A stretch of DNA of 53,448 nt from a virus (Duplodnaviria; Caudoviricetes): positions 1-53,448 of IMG/VR virus record IMGVR_UViG_3300031753_000009. The stretch is one strand, 5' to 3'. Positions 9,496 through 19,536 of this stretch are shown here, one piece after another. Numbering within the stretch: the stretch's first letter is position 1; every line of letters begins with the position of its first letter. The position numbers and the translations under genes are program-made. The notes beneath the pieces are model-generated. The model did no database searches and was not told the DNA's origin. It was given only the letters and a program-made list of their open reading frames with translations.

Positions 9496-11294
9496 TAAGG
9501 CGATCCCAAAATTTTATCCGCTTGTCCCGCGCCATATTTGGCGTCAAAATCACTTCGCAACGAGGGATTATTACGAAGCATTTGCTTAGCGGCATCGGGA
9601 ATAAAACGTTTGGCTCGCTCATCGTTTTTAGCCCCGGTAAAACCGGCGGCTTTCTGCGTCCAAAACGGCATCTTGTCGATGTCGGAGCGATCGTCGAATC
9701 CCATCTTATATTCGCGCGCAATCCGATCGGCCTCATCATAACGCTTTTCAAGAATAGAGAAAAACGCACCGGGAGACGAAGCCTGCTGGTAGATTTCCTT
9801 GAACGCCTTATCGAGGTAAATCGTTGCCCCGCGTGAACCTGCTGTGGCGGCGTCGGCAAAAGATTGAGTAGTCAACATTTTTTGTAAAACTTTGGCCTTG
9901 GCAGCTTGCGACAAATCAAGCTTTTTCTCTTGCGCCACTTTATCAACCATGGCATCGCGGTCAGCTTCGGTTTTGGAACGCAGTTTTCCAAGATCGTTAA
10001 AAAGCCCTTGGTAAGCATCTAAATTCATGCGGCGCGTTGCCTCAGCAATCAGGCCAACTGCTTCGGGATTTTCTTTGGCGTATGCAGCAATTGCTTCGAG
10101 ATTCTTGGCGCTTTCAAACGCTCCCATCAATTTAACTTGCCGGCCAGGCGGGATGAACCCTAAATCAGTAGGTTTCATCCCCGGATAATGCTCCATTTCA
10201 TTAAACAACGCCTGGTCTATTTTTCCGGCCTCGCGCGAAGAACCTGCTACGCGGCGTCTTGCCTCCAGCGCCGCTTCGGTTTCACTCATACCTTGCGCGA
10301 TCAACTCCCTTTCTATTTTCTGTTTATCGACCGCACGGTCCGATGAATCTGTAACTCGGTAAATACCTGCATAGTGCGCAGATTCAATTTGCGTTCTTAG
10401 TTGGTTACGTTCCTGTTGCGAAATGACCTGATCGGGATGCTCCTTCTGCCAGGCGGCAACACCTCGATAAAACTCCATCGCTTTCTGGTCGCCACGCTTG
10501 ACCGCATCAAGCCAGCCGGTGCGATCGGCCAACGTCTTGAGGTCAGGTGCCAGCTCGGCATACGCCTGCCGATCCGTTTCGAACTTCTCCACCTTGTCGC
10601 GATAATCGATAAGCTTGTTCGCGGTATCGACTTGCCTTGCCTGCATCTCCAGAATCTCAGGCACCATCCCAAATTCCATCATAACCAGCGTTTTTTGGCT
10701 ACCAAACCGGGCAGCATCAGCCATGGTCTTGGCTTTCCACGCCGCCATGTCCGTTTCAAGCAACTTGTTGGTGTCCTGAAACACCGCACGTTCCATCTCG
10801 AAACGGTGCAAGGCCAGATTAGTGTTTTCCTTCCACGCCTCGAAAGCCGACTTGTAGGCACGCTCATCGTTGTTGTGAATCGCCGTCATCGCCGCGGCGG
10901 ATGCGTTCAACGCCGACGTGATCGGAATCCTGGTGAAAGCTGAAGCCAGCAATCCGAAGATCGAGCCAATGGACCCGAATCCCTCAAGCGGTCCTGTAGT
11001 CCGCGCCTTCCGCTCTTCGTCGGCATTCCATGCAGGAGGCATCTTGGCGATGTTGGCCGACTCGGCGCCGTACGCTTTTTCCATCTGGTCGCGCCGACGC
11101 GACAGCAACGAATCGAGCTGCCCCGCATTGCGTTCCATTGCAGCGCCATGTTGCCGCTCGATATCGGCGAGCTTCGTCCCTGCCGCTTCAGTCTTGCTTT
11201 CAAGGCCGCGCAAGAAATCAGGCGTGCTGGACGCAGCCGGCGTAGCGTTGGGAGCCGCGATCCAATCGGGAAGCTGAGTTTGTGCATCGGCCAT
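9495..11294 (-). CDS. Putative internal virion/DNA ejection protein
   Basis: 599 aa, helical/coiled-coil; C-terminal FDAKYGAG motif; position in operon. Confidence 0.6.
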   Translation of the reverse strand: MADAQTQLPDWIAAPNATPAASSTPDFLRGLESKTEAAGTKLADIERQHGAAMERNAGQLDSLLSRRRDQMEKAYGAESANIAKMPPAWNADEERKARTTGPLEGFGSIGSIFGLLASAFTRIPITSALNASAAAMTAIHNNDERAYKSAFEAWKENTNLALHRFEMERAVFQDTNKLLETDMAAWKAKTMADAARFGSQKTLVMMEFGMVPEILEMQARQVDTANKLIDYRDKVEKFETDRQAYAELAPDLKTLADRTGWLDAVKRGDQKAMEFYRGVAAWQKEHPDQVISQQERNQLRTQIESAHYAGIYRVTDSSDRAVDKQKIERELIAQGMSETEAALEARRRVAGSSREAGKIDQALFNEMEHYPGMKPTDLGFIPPGRQVKLMGAFESAKNLEAIAAYAKENPEAVGLIAEATRRMNLDAYQGLFNDLGKLRSKTEADRDAMVDKVAQEKKLDLSQAAKAKVLQKMLTTQSFADAATAGSRGATIYLDKAFKEIYQQASSPGAFFSILEKRYDEADRIAREYKMGFDDRSDIDKMPFWTQKAAGFTGAKNDERAKRFIPDAAKQMLRNNPSLRSDFDAKYGAGQADKILGSP

Positions 11295-11295
11295 G

Positions 11296-12369
11296 TTAGC
11301 TGATCGAGATTGTCTTGCCCGCGCTGCTTACCGTGCTCGTATTTTTGCCCCCCAGCGCGCCTGCAAACGACGCAATCGCCTGCATGAGCGCGTTGTTGTT
11401 CGTCTGGTCGATCCCCACCAACGCCTGATAGAGCTGAGACGATAGCCCCGTTTCGTTGATCCCGGTCTGGAGCAATTGCTGCTCAATCTGCCCCATGCTG
11501 GACACGGCCTGGATATCGACCTGGTTCAATTCCTGAGCCAGGGCGCTGTTGGCTGCCGGATCGGTCGATTGACCATTCGCCGCGTACTTCGACATGATGC
11601 GCGCCTTGGCGGCAGCGGTTGCCTGCCCCAGCGCGGCTTGCAGCGCAGGCGGCAACGTACCGGACTGAAGGTACTGCTCAAGTTGCGTGCCCTGGGCCGA
11701 CAACTGCTGAGCTTGCTGCTCCAATTGCGCTTGCCCCTGAAGCGGCTGGTTGCCCTTGATCAGATCGAGCCCTAGCCCCGCCCCCGCGGCTGCAATGCCC
11801 AGAGGATTGTTGGTAACGGATTTCGTCGCGCCTGTGAGAAGCTGATTCCAGAACCCGCCTCCGCTGCCGGACGAACTCCCGGAAGCGGGAGCCGCTACTC
11901 CCGTCCCGGTGTCGGTTGTGCCGATCCCCGTTGCTGAGATGCCTGGGACCGAATCGGTGACCGTGCCCGACGCCGCGGCGTAATCCGCAGGATTGACGCC
12001 GATCGCAGAGCCGCCCGTCAGAATGCCGCCATCGCCGACACCGGTCCCCGTTGCAAGGCCGGGAATGCCATCAGCCGTGATGCCAGGAACGGCACCTGTG
12101 ATCGCATCCGCAGCGCCCGCCGCTGCATCGCCGCCTCCGAACAAGCCGCCGAACAGTCCTCCTGCATCGCCGGCACCACTGAATAGTCCTGTGAGTCCGC
12201 CGGTGCCGAGCCCGAAAAGATCGGCGCCCAATCCGATGCCCGTGCCTGCGAGCGCGAGTCCGCCAAGCCCCTCCAGTGTTTTAGTAAGCTCAGGTCCCTC
12301 AAACGCGTGCGTGACATCGGTGCCGAGATTGCCGAAGTTGCCGTGGATCAGATCGCTGAGGAAAGACAT
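11296..12369 (-). CDS. Putative DNA pilot/ejection protein
   Basis: Gly-rich N-half and Gln/Ala-rich C-half, as in P22 gp7-type ejection proteins. Confidence 0.55.
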   Translation of the reverse strand: MSFLSDLIHGNFGNLGTDVTHAFEGPELTKTLEGLGGLALAGTGIGLGADLFGLGTGGLTGLFSGAGDAGGLFGGLFGGGDAAAGAADAITGAVPGITADGIPGLATGTGVGDGGILTGGSAIGVNPADYAAASGTVTDSVPGISATGIGTTDTGTGVAAPASGSSSGSGGGFWNQLLTGATKSVTNNPLGIAAAGAGLGLDLIKGNQPLQGQAQLEQQAQQLSAQGTQLEQYLQSGTLPPALQAALGQATAAAKARIMSKYAANGQSTDPAANSALAQELNQVDIQAVSSMGQIEQQLLQTGINETGLSSQLYQALVGIDQTNNNALMQAIASFAGALGGKNTSTVSSAGKTISIS

Positions 12370-12849
12370 TTACAACCTCGCAAACACCTGCTGTCGCGTG
12401 AACAGCCGTCCCAACCGTTCCTTGATCAGATCATGCGGAACATCGGTCTGCTCCTCGACGATGAGCATGTCGGCGCCGAGCGTCTTGGCCCACCGCGCGA
12501 ACTCGTCGTAAAACCCCGATGCCTCGCGCTGGTACTTCTCCGATTCCGCCAGCACGAACCGTTCGCGCACCGCTGCTTTGTTGGCAATGCCGCCCGAGTA
12601 AGTCAATTCAGCAAGAGCCACGCCGTGATCCTGGCACAAAAACAGATACTCTTTCGATTCGAGCAGGCTGCGCAGCCAGCCGGCAACGTGCAACTCGTGC
12701 ATGTCGAGCGCCGTCGTCAAACGAGGAATCATCCAGCCGCCATGTCGGCTGAAATCCGCCAGCGAGAAACGCCAAAAGCGAGTTTCAATCGTTTTCTCTG
12801 GTGCCAACGCCACGCCGCCACCAACCTTTTGAACCACTGCCTGCACCAT
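12370..12849 (-). CDS. Possible GNAT-fold virion assembly protein
   Basis: EFARWAKTLGADMLIV resembles a GNAT motif; lies between nozzle and ejection genes, like P22 gp14. Confidence 0.45.
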   Translation of the reverse strand: MVQAVVQKVGGGVALAPEKTIETRFWRFSLADFSRHGGWMIPRLTTALDMHELHVAGWLRSLLESKEYLFLCQDHGVALAELTYSGGIANKAAVRERFVLAESEKYQREASGFYDEFARWAKTLGADMLIVEEQTDVPHDLIKERLGRLFTRQQVFARL

Positions 12850-13187
12850 TATCCTAATCCTAGTATCTGGCACGCCTGATAGTGCTCGTTGCCGTTAAAC
12901 GTAATCCATTCCTGAAAATCGCCCGGATCGCGCCAATCGAGATTAAGCAGATCGTTGCCTTGAATCTGAAGCACGGCATTCATCTGATTGTGCATGGTCT
13001 GATGCCAATACAACCACTGGTCCATGTTATCAGGGTCCATGGGATCAAGCAAGAAGGTGCTCAGCTCCACGCTCGCCTTTTCGAAAACGACGCGCACGAT
13101 GTCGTAGTGATTGGCAGCATGACAAAACGACCAGAACGGCCAATCATCCTTGCCCCGCGGTAACTCGTATATAACCGCGAGCGCCAC
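12849..13187 (-). CDS. Hypothetical protein (His/Trp-rich)
   Basis: 112-aa ORF tightly packed in the operon, with repeated W-x-x-x-H-x-x-x-H. Confidence 0.6.
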   Translation of the reverse strand: MALAVIYELPRGKDDWPFWSFCHAANHYDIVRVVFEKASVELSTFLLDPMDPDNMDQWLYWHQTMHNQMNAVLQIQGNDLLNLDWRDPGDFQEWITFNGNEHYQACQILGLG

Positions 13188-13189
13188 CG

Positions 13190-15250
13190 TCAGCCCCGGT
13201 AACTAATCCGAGGATCGGTCGAGAACTTGGCGCTCACTAGCGACACATCGGCCTCACTGGTTTTCCACGTCATGCCGAGCAACACGCCTTGCTGCCCGAT
13301 CGCTTGCGGAGGTGTCAGGAAGTACCCCGATTGTGCCGGACCGACAATCGTATAAGGTTGCGTGTTGGTGAATGTCGTGCCATCCGGGTTGATGCCAACG
13401 GCATCAAGCAAAGCCGTGATGTTCGGCGCGTTGTTGGTGTTGTACTGCCACAAGCTCCATAAACGGCTGTCGGCCTTGCTGAACTCGTAGCCGCCGGGGG
13501 CATCCCACAATTTTGATTGCACCGTCTTCACGAACCCCGTTGAAGGCGTGTTGAACAAACGGCGGATCGTTGTTCCATCGGTGCCCCACGCCGTCAGGAC
13601 CGAATTGATTTCCTGGGATGAAATGAAAGTCAGAGCAATGTCCTGCGAAGCCGGGAACCAAATCTTGTCGTTCCACAAAAACAATTTGTTGGTCCGCGCG
13701 CCGCTGATCGGATCGATGATCGGCGCTAAGATGATCCACACCTTCTTGGAAAAAATCTCCGCTTTGGCAGAAGACAATTGCCCGTTACCGAAGTTGGGAA
13801 CAGAGCCCCACACACCGTCAAGCGCTTCGCTGATCTTGTCGAGCGCCGCACCGCGGGAACGATACACGCCGATCACGTTTGCCAACAGGATGTCCCGACC
13901 GTTAGTCAGCACGGAAGCCGGGAACGGCGTGCCCACCTCGGGATCGGCATTCTGATTGGTGAATGTCGTGGTCGGAGGCGAACCCGAGGTCTGCACGCCC
14001 GAGATATAATTCATCGACGAATCGGCAATGAGAAACAAGAATCCATTCGAGTTGACGAGCCGCACATAATTCACGCGAAGAAACGCATCGCCTGAGCTGA
14101 AGCTACCGCCGCCCGAGGCGGTAGAAAAATCGGAGAACGAGCCGGGAGCCGTGAAATCCACCTCGTTGCCGCCCGCAACCCAGATGCGCCCCTGATAACT
14201 CTCGACTGCCGAACCCTGCACCCCGAACGGCATGAGCTGTACCGAAGCGCTCGCCTGACTGGCGCTATCGGTAATGACAACCGTATTAGGAATATTGGGA
14301 CCTGTACCTGGCGCGTAATAAATACCCGAATTAACCAAGTTTATGCCGATAAGCGACCCTGGAAGCGGCGTGGACACAACTGCATAAAACACTGCTTGAG
14401 CGCCAACAGCAACAGACGACGGAACATCGAAAGCCAAAACCGGATTTACATAATTACTGCCGCCCGCTACGACGCCAACAGTTGAAACAGAAAAAATATG
14501 CCCTGCTACTGCGCTTGAACCCGAGTATACAAGCGTTGCATTAATCGAACCGCCTACGCCGCTTTGCGTACCGCCGGAAATAACCACTGTCGGCGTATTG
14601 CCGACCCGATATCCCGTCCCAGGATTGACTAAACTGATCGCCGTGATGACACCGCTGACGATAACCGCCGACGCCACGACGCCGCCACCTTGACCGCCGA
14701 TCACGCTGATGTTCGGCTGCGTATAGTACCCAGCGCCGCCATTTGTCACCGTCACCACGGGAGACAACGTGCCGGAAGCATAGATCAATGTACCGTCCCA
14801 CAGCCAATATCCATTAGTCTGATTGGCAACGATGATCAAATATTGCTGCGCCCATTGTGAGATGCCGACATTGAGAATCGACGGCGCCGCGATGGTGCCA
14901 GGCGCCAATATGGTCGTTGCCGCAGTGGTGCTGGTGTTGACGACAACCACGCTGCCATCGGACAAAAACACGCACATATAGGGCGTCGAGCCGATGTTGA
15001 AGAAATAAAAGCAAACGACGGTCGGTCCCGAACTGGTGTAAACGGCCGGTCCGATACCTGGGAGGGCGCGCAGATTGCGTGGCGCGATCGGAAAGAACCC
15101 ATCCATCCAATAAACTTGCGCATCCGCCACCCCGGCGCGCGTGGTCGAGGTGTTAATGCCCTGAAACTGCTCCATGACCAGCGGTTCGGGCGCCGCCGGG
15201 GCGTACGGAGAAGGTTGAAGATCGGGGGGCGGAGAGGCGGTTATGGGCAT
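13190..15250 (-). CDS. Tail nozzle / packaged-DNA stabilization protein
   Basis: 686 aa, beta-rich, FQGINT N-terminus, YQGRIWVAG; follows the adaptors; internal GxGY repeat insertion. Confidence 0.65.
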   Translation of the reverse strand: MPITASPPPDLQPSPYAPAAPEPLVMEQFQGINTSTTRAGVADAQVYWMDGFFPIAPRNLRALPGIGPAVYTSSGPTVVCFYFFNIGSTPYMCVFLSDGSVVVVNTSTTAATTILAPGTIAAPSILNVGISQWAQQYLIIVANQTNGYWLWDGTLIYASGTLSPVVTVTNGGAGYYTQPNISVIGGQGGGVVASAVIVSGVITAISLVNPGTGYRVGNTPTVVISGGTQSGVGGSINATLVYSGSSAVAGHIFSVSTVGVVAGGSNYVNPVLAFDVPSSVAVGAQAVFYAVVSTPLPGSLIGINLVNSGIYYAPGTGPNIPNTVVITDSASQASASVQLMPFGVQGSAVESYQGRIWVAGGNEVDFTAPGSFSDFSTASGGGSFSSGDAFLRVNYVRLVNSNGFLFLIADSSMNYISGVQTSGSPPTTTFTNQNADPEVGTPFPASVLTNGRDILLANVIGVYRSRGAALDKISEALDGVWGSVPNFGNGQLSSAKAEIFSKKVWIILAPIIDPISGARTNKLFLWNDKIWFPASQDIALTFISSQEINSVLTAWGTDGTTIRRLFNTPSTGFVKTVQSKLWDAPGGYEFSKADSRLWSLWQYNTNNAPNITALLDAVGINPDGTTFTNTQPYTIVGPAQSGYFLTPPQAIGQQGVLLGMTWKTSEADVSLVSAKFSTDPRISYRG

Positions 15251-16185
15251 TAGTAGCGGCCATAAATATTGACTGCCCGCCCGATTCGCGCCGAGCGCGA
15301 ATATACGTTCAACTGCTTCTCATAAAGGTCCAAGTAAAACTTAGCCGCATTGTAGTTTTGCAACTCCAGCATACCAAGATGTGCAGAGAAATAAGGAACG
15401 GCGTCATCCCAAGGTTGAGGTAGCGCCTCGACACTTTGATTCGTAATCAAATCTTGTGGAAGGCAGTAACAATCTAACTCGTACTGATATGTTTGAGAGG
15501 GGAGAGGATAAACATAAAATGAACCGTTTACACCTTGTCCGTATTGTGCGGCCATGGTAGGTATGTATTGATATTGGAAGGGCCAAGAGCGGATTTGTGC
15601 CTGATACACTGAAAAACTGTAAACCGGTAAAGAATAACGATAATTCGCGTATATGACTGAGATTCCCTGAACCGCGAATACTGCTGAAACCCCAGGACTT
15701 CCCCTTAAATTTACTCCACTGAACGGATATACTTCCTGAGCGAGATTCAATACATTCAACGGCTCAGTCTGAATCGTAACCGACGCGCCCGTTCCCGTCG
15801 CATCCGTGATCGTCGCCTGCGGTTGAAAGTACCCACTGCCACCATACTGAATGAACACGTTGGCAAGCGAACCGCCTTGCACGATCGCTTGCGCCGTTGC
15901 CTGCGCGCCATTCGGAAATGCACCTGTACCGCTCGGAAAGTCGGGAGGCGTGATCGTGATCGTCGGGCTGTTCGAATATCCCGAACCTCCCAGGACGACG
16001 CTCGCCGTCACGCACGCGCCGGACACAGGCGTCAATACGCGGATGCACTGCGTGCGCATCGCAATCTCGCGCCGCGACCGGTTGATGTAAGTAACGATGT
16101 CCTCGGGATTGATCAAATCCTGCTTCTGCTCGCGAAGCAGCCGTTGCGTCATCTTCTCATAATCAAACAAGGTCTGAGGCATCAC
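15250..16185 (-). CDS. Head-tail adaptor protein (paralog 2)
   Basis: YINRSRREIA...CIR and EALPQPWDDAVPYFSAH motifs; position. Confidence 0.6.
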   Translation of the reverse strand: MMPQTLFDYEKMTQRLLREQKQDLINPEDIVTYINRSRREIAMRTQCIRVLTPVSGACVTASVVLGGSGYSNSPTITITPPDFPSGTGAFPNGAQATAQAIVQGGSLANVFIQYGGSGYFQPQATITDATGTGASVTIQTEPLNVLNLAQEVYPFSGVNLRGSPGVSAVFAVQGISVIYANYRYSLPVYSFSVYQAQIRSWPFQYQYIPTMAAQYGQGVNGSFYVYPLPSQTYQYELDCYCLPQDLITNQSVEALPQPWDDAVPYFSAHLGMLELQNYNAAKFYLDLYEKQLNVYSRSARIGRAVNIYGRY

Positions 16186-16955
16186 TGCGCTCCTTGCTGC
16201 CCAGCGGAGCGCTGAAGTCCCAACTTACCGACGATCACCGGATCGTTCGCCTGTTCGTAAATCGTACGGTTGACGCTCGGATTCGCCGCCTGACGGGCAC
16301 GAGCGACGAACTCCTTATAAGCCTCGTACATCCTCGCTGCATCAGCCTGGCGCGCACCTGTCTGCGCCGACAGAAACGCCCAATAAGCCGCCAGGAACGG
16401 CACCGCATCCGTCCAAAGGTACGGGATGGCTTCGAACGTCGTGTCGTCCACCAGCGTGACAGGCCAGCATGTGCAATCGAGATAAAGCTGGTACGTGGTG
16501 TTCGGCGGCGGATCAAGATAGAAGCTGCCCGATGCAGACGAACCGCCGGATGCTGGCGGAGCCGCCCCTTGCCCATACTGACTCCACACAGTCGGTGTGC
16601 CGTTGATCGGAACCGGGTTGTTCAAATGATAAAGGTCGAACCACGGCCAATTGCGAGGCGCAATCCACTGCTGCCCCTGCCCAACGCCGAACATAATCCG
16701 CCGCACGTTGATGGCACCTTGAATACCCGCCGCATTCGGCTGCCCGGTGAAGTTGATCTGTGAAAAGTTATAGGCGCGCTGCCCGATCGTGCACGTCACC
16801 TGCCCGATAGCGCGTATGCACTCAGCCTCGCCGGCCAACTGGCCGCGAGCCTTGTTGATCCACAGATTGAGATTAGCCGTCGAATAAAGCGACTGCGGTG
16901 GCGCCGGTAGTTGAAGCAAGTTCTGAAGATCGGTCTGATAGGCTGTAAGGGCCAC
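16182..16955 (-). CDS. Head-tail adaptor protein (paralog 1)
   Basis: WINKARGQLA...CIR and EAIPYLWTDAVPFLAAY motifs; position after the capsid genes. Confidence 0.6.
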   Translation of the reverse strand: MALTAYQTDLQNLLQLPAPPQSLYSTANLNLWINKARGQLAGEAECIRAIGQVTCTIGQRAYNFSQINFTGQPNAAGIQGAINVRRIMFGVGQGQQWIAPRNWPWFDLYHLNNPVPINGTPTVWSQYGQGAAPPASGGSSASGSFYLDPPPNTTYQLYLDCTCWPVTLVDDTTFEAIPYLWTDAVPFLAAYWAFLSAQTGARQADAARMYEAYKEFVARARQAANPSVNRTIYEQANDPVIVGKLGLQRSAGQQGAQ

Positions 16956-17092
16956 GACAGATAACCTCTCTGCCGCTCATTTCGTACGCTTCAGAACGGC
17001 CCTAAACCTTCAGCAAGACAAGAGGCCCGCCGGGGCGCGAGCGCTCTGTGTCGTAAGTATAGTACGCCTGCGATCCGTCCGGCCCTTTGACA

Positions 17093-18283
17093 TCAGGTTC
17101 GCAGAGGTTGCAGCACCGCGAAGTCAGTTACGGCGCCCATCGTCAGGACGACCGACGACGTTTCGAAAGCGAGCGAGCCGTTGGCAAATGGCGGCTGCGC
17201 CGCCACGACCGGAGTGGGAACGCCCGCCGTGTTGGTATTGAACAAACCGCCATCGTAAATCGTGCCCACTTGCGGGGCGAGCGATCCGGCGCCCGTAACG
17301 GCGAGCCCGATCTGCGCCGGACGAGGCAGCCAAGCAAGGTGCAGCGAGGAAGGATTGAGGATCGAACCTTGCTGCGGCACACCGCCAACCGTCGTCACCA
17401 GCGCCGCCACCGTGCCCCAGCCCGCGGCCGCACCGGTAGTTACGCTCGCCGCCGTCACGGTCTGCAAGCACATCGGCGAAACAGTCGCGTTCGTGCCGAC
17501 ACCGCTAACCGTCAACGTGATCTGATTAACCGTCGCGAGCTGATTGCCGTTATTGGTGCAGAGCGCGCCCGCCAACCCGCCGCCCGTTATGAGCGAGAAC
17601 GACAGGGACGCTGCCGTGATGCCCGTAGCGAGGTTCGGATCAAACGGCGACGGCAAAATCGTCGGCACCGGAGCACTCGGATAACCGGCGCCAGGATTGG
17701 TGAACGTAAAGCCGTTGACGGTGCCGTTCTGGATACTGCACCAGCCCGTTGCCGGGATGCCACCGACGCCATTTGCGTTGGATGCTGCCGGGGGAGGAGG
17801 CGGGATGAACACAAGCGGCGCGATGCCGTACCCGGCACCGGCATTCGCCGTGACAACCGTCGAAAAGCCGAGCTGGCCGCCGACGATCGGAAGCCACGTC
17901 GAACCGCCGCCACCCGTGACGGAGATCGAAGTCGAAGCCTGGACGTAGCTGCCGCCGATGCTCGTCACCACGGCTTCGGTTGGGCACCCGAGCAGATTGG
18001 CGATACGCACCGAGAACCCATCGCTCGATACGAACTGGAGCCCGCGCGAGTATGATGCGCTCGTTCCCATTGACCACGTGCCGGTCACCGGATCGAGATA
18101 CTGAATAACGAGGTAAAAGCCCAGGCTGACGATCCAGTCGCCGCGAGGGATTTGCAACGTCTCGCCCGGAGACAACGCAATCCGGTTGGTGCCGGTATCG
18201 TAGGCAGCGTTGTTGAGTTCGGTAGGATAGAGGAATTGCGGGACTTGAAGGCCAAGCCCAGGCCCGGCGAGCGGACCAGTCAT
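17093..18283 (-). CDS. Capsid decoration/head-fibre-like protein
   Basis: 396 aa, Gly/Thr/Pro-rich, directly after the capsid gene, with a strong AAGGAG RBS. Confidence 0.55.
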   Translation of the reverse strand: MTGPLAGPGLGLQVPQFLYPTELNNAAYDTGTNRIALSPGETLQIPRGDWIVSLGFYLVIQYLDPVTGTWSMGTSASYSRGLQFVSSDGFSVRIANLLGCPTEAVVTSIGGSYVQASTSISVTGGGGSTWLPIVGGQLGFSTVVTANAGAGYGIAPLVFIPPPPPAASNANGVGGIPATGWCSIQNGTVNGFTFTNPGAGYPSAPVPTILPSPFDPNLATGITAASLSFSLITGGGLAGALCTNNGNQLATVNQITLTVSGVGTNATVSPMCLQTVTAASVTTGAAAGWGTVAALVTTVGGVPQQGSILNPSSLHLAWLPRPAQIGLAVTGAGSLAPQVGTIYDGGLFNTNTAGVPTPVVAAQPPFANGSLAFETSSVVLTMGAVTDFAVLQPLRT

Positions 18284-18295
18284 GCTGAAATCTCC

Positions 18296-19336
18296 TTAAA
18301 ACTGGTTGCCCTGCAAGTTGTACCCAATGAAGCCCGAGGAAGGCTTGGCGGTCACCAGATCGTAGCCGACGACAACCACGCCCTGCTGTCCGATTTGCCC
18401 CAAAGGCACCAGCGAATAAAACCCCGAGAAGTCGAACGCAGCATCCTCGGACAGGTACATCGCCGTGTACTTGACGTTCGCGCCGACCACCGTGCCCTGC
18501 GGGCAGAAATGATCCGCAAAAATCGGAACGCCCGAGACGATGAGATTCGGGAAAGACGACCGAACCTGCGTGTCCATGGTAAACGCAGAGCCGGGCGGAG
18601 GATTGATCTGTTCAATTCCGATGAAATCGTTGTTCAAGGTCGCGTAGTCGCCGGGGTTCATGACGACGAACGTCGGCGCTTCGCCGCCCGCCTGATCGGT
18701 CACATAAGCGAGCAAGCTCGACATCGACTTGCGGGTAAACCCGACCGTCCCGAGAGAGAATGTCCCAGAGTTCAGGTTGATGTACTGACCCTTGAACGCC
18801 GAATTACCCTGGGCATTACGATTGATGCCGCCGTACGTCGGGTAATTCGTGCCGTTGTCGAACGCGTTGAGGAAGCTGTCGGGGAGCAACGCATTCGATG
18901 CGTTGTTGGTAAACATCAAGCGCGCCATGTTCTGCCGGGTCACGGCATACACGTCGTTCATGCGCGCTTTGAGGATACTGATCTCGCGATCGGTCGCCTG
19001 AATCACTGTTTCGCCGAAGGGGAGGGGAATCGGCACAACCCAATAGGCGAGATTGAATTGAAGATTTTGAATGCCGGGAGTGATGACCGGGTTGTTGAAC
19101 CCGCCGCCGTATCCCGTGAATTGGCCTTGGACCATGCTCTGTCCCTGGCCGGGGATCGTAATTTGATTCAAACCGCCCGCAGCGCGTTGCGCGTTGCCAG
19201 TCATGTAGAATAAACAAGGGCTTCCGAAATAAATTTGGACGAACAAACGGGGAACGAATGCGCGCCTAGTTGTGGAAGCCAACTCGCTGTACAAAGCACC
19301 TGCGGCAGGAGCGACGCCTAAACCGGGAAGCGGCAT
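18296..19336 (-). CDS. Major capsid protein
   Basis: 346 aa; AGGAG RBS; YGGINR and GVPIFADHFCP motifs typical of HK97-fold capsids; between scaffold and decoration gene. Confidence 0.85.
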   Translation of the reverse strand: MPLPGLGVAPAAGALYSELASTTRRAFVPRLFVQIYFGSPCLFYMTGNAQRAAGGLNQITIPGQGQSMVQGQFTGYGGGFNNPVITPGIQNLQFNLAYWVVPIPLPFGETVIQATDREISILKARMNDVYAVTRQNMARLMFTNNASNALLPDSFLNAFDNGTNYPTYGGINRNAQGNSAFKGQYINLNSGTFSLGTVGFTRKSMSSLLAYVTDQAGGEAPTFVVMNPGDYATLNNDFIGIEQINPPPGSAFTMDTQVRSSFPNLIVSGVPIFADHFCPQGTVVGANVKYTAMYLSEDAAFDFSGFYSLVPLGQIGQQGVVVVGYDLVTAKPSSGFIGYNLQGNQF

Positions 19337-19476
19337 TACCTAACTCCTATCCGATAACTATTTCGAACGCCGAAGCCGTTAAACAAAGAACAAGCTTCGA
19401 CAACCTGTCGCACACCAGCAGCCATCGATCCGATACTGATCGTGCACATTTACTTACCTTACCCTCCGTAAGCTAC

Positions 19477-19505
19477 TTGACACTTCGAAAAAGCATGACT
19501 ATAAG
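19477..19505 (+). promoter_or_regulatory. Sigma70-type promoter of the HNH gene
   Basis: TTGACA (19477-19482), 17 nt, TATAAG (19500-19505). Confidence 0.65.
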
Positions 19506-19536
19506 CACCCTTGTCGCCAAACAAGGAACCCCAGCC

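Noticed and set aside
17087-19213. 322-aa and 353-aa plus-strand ORFs
   Set aside because: Antisense to the decoration and capsid genes; no motifs.
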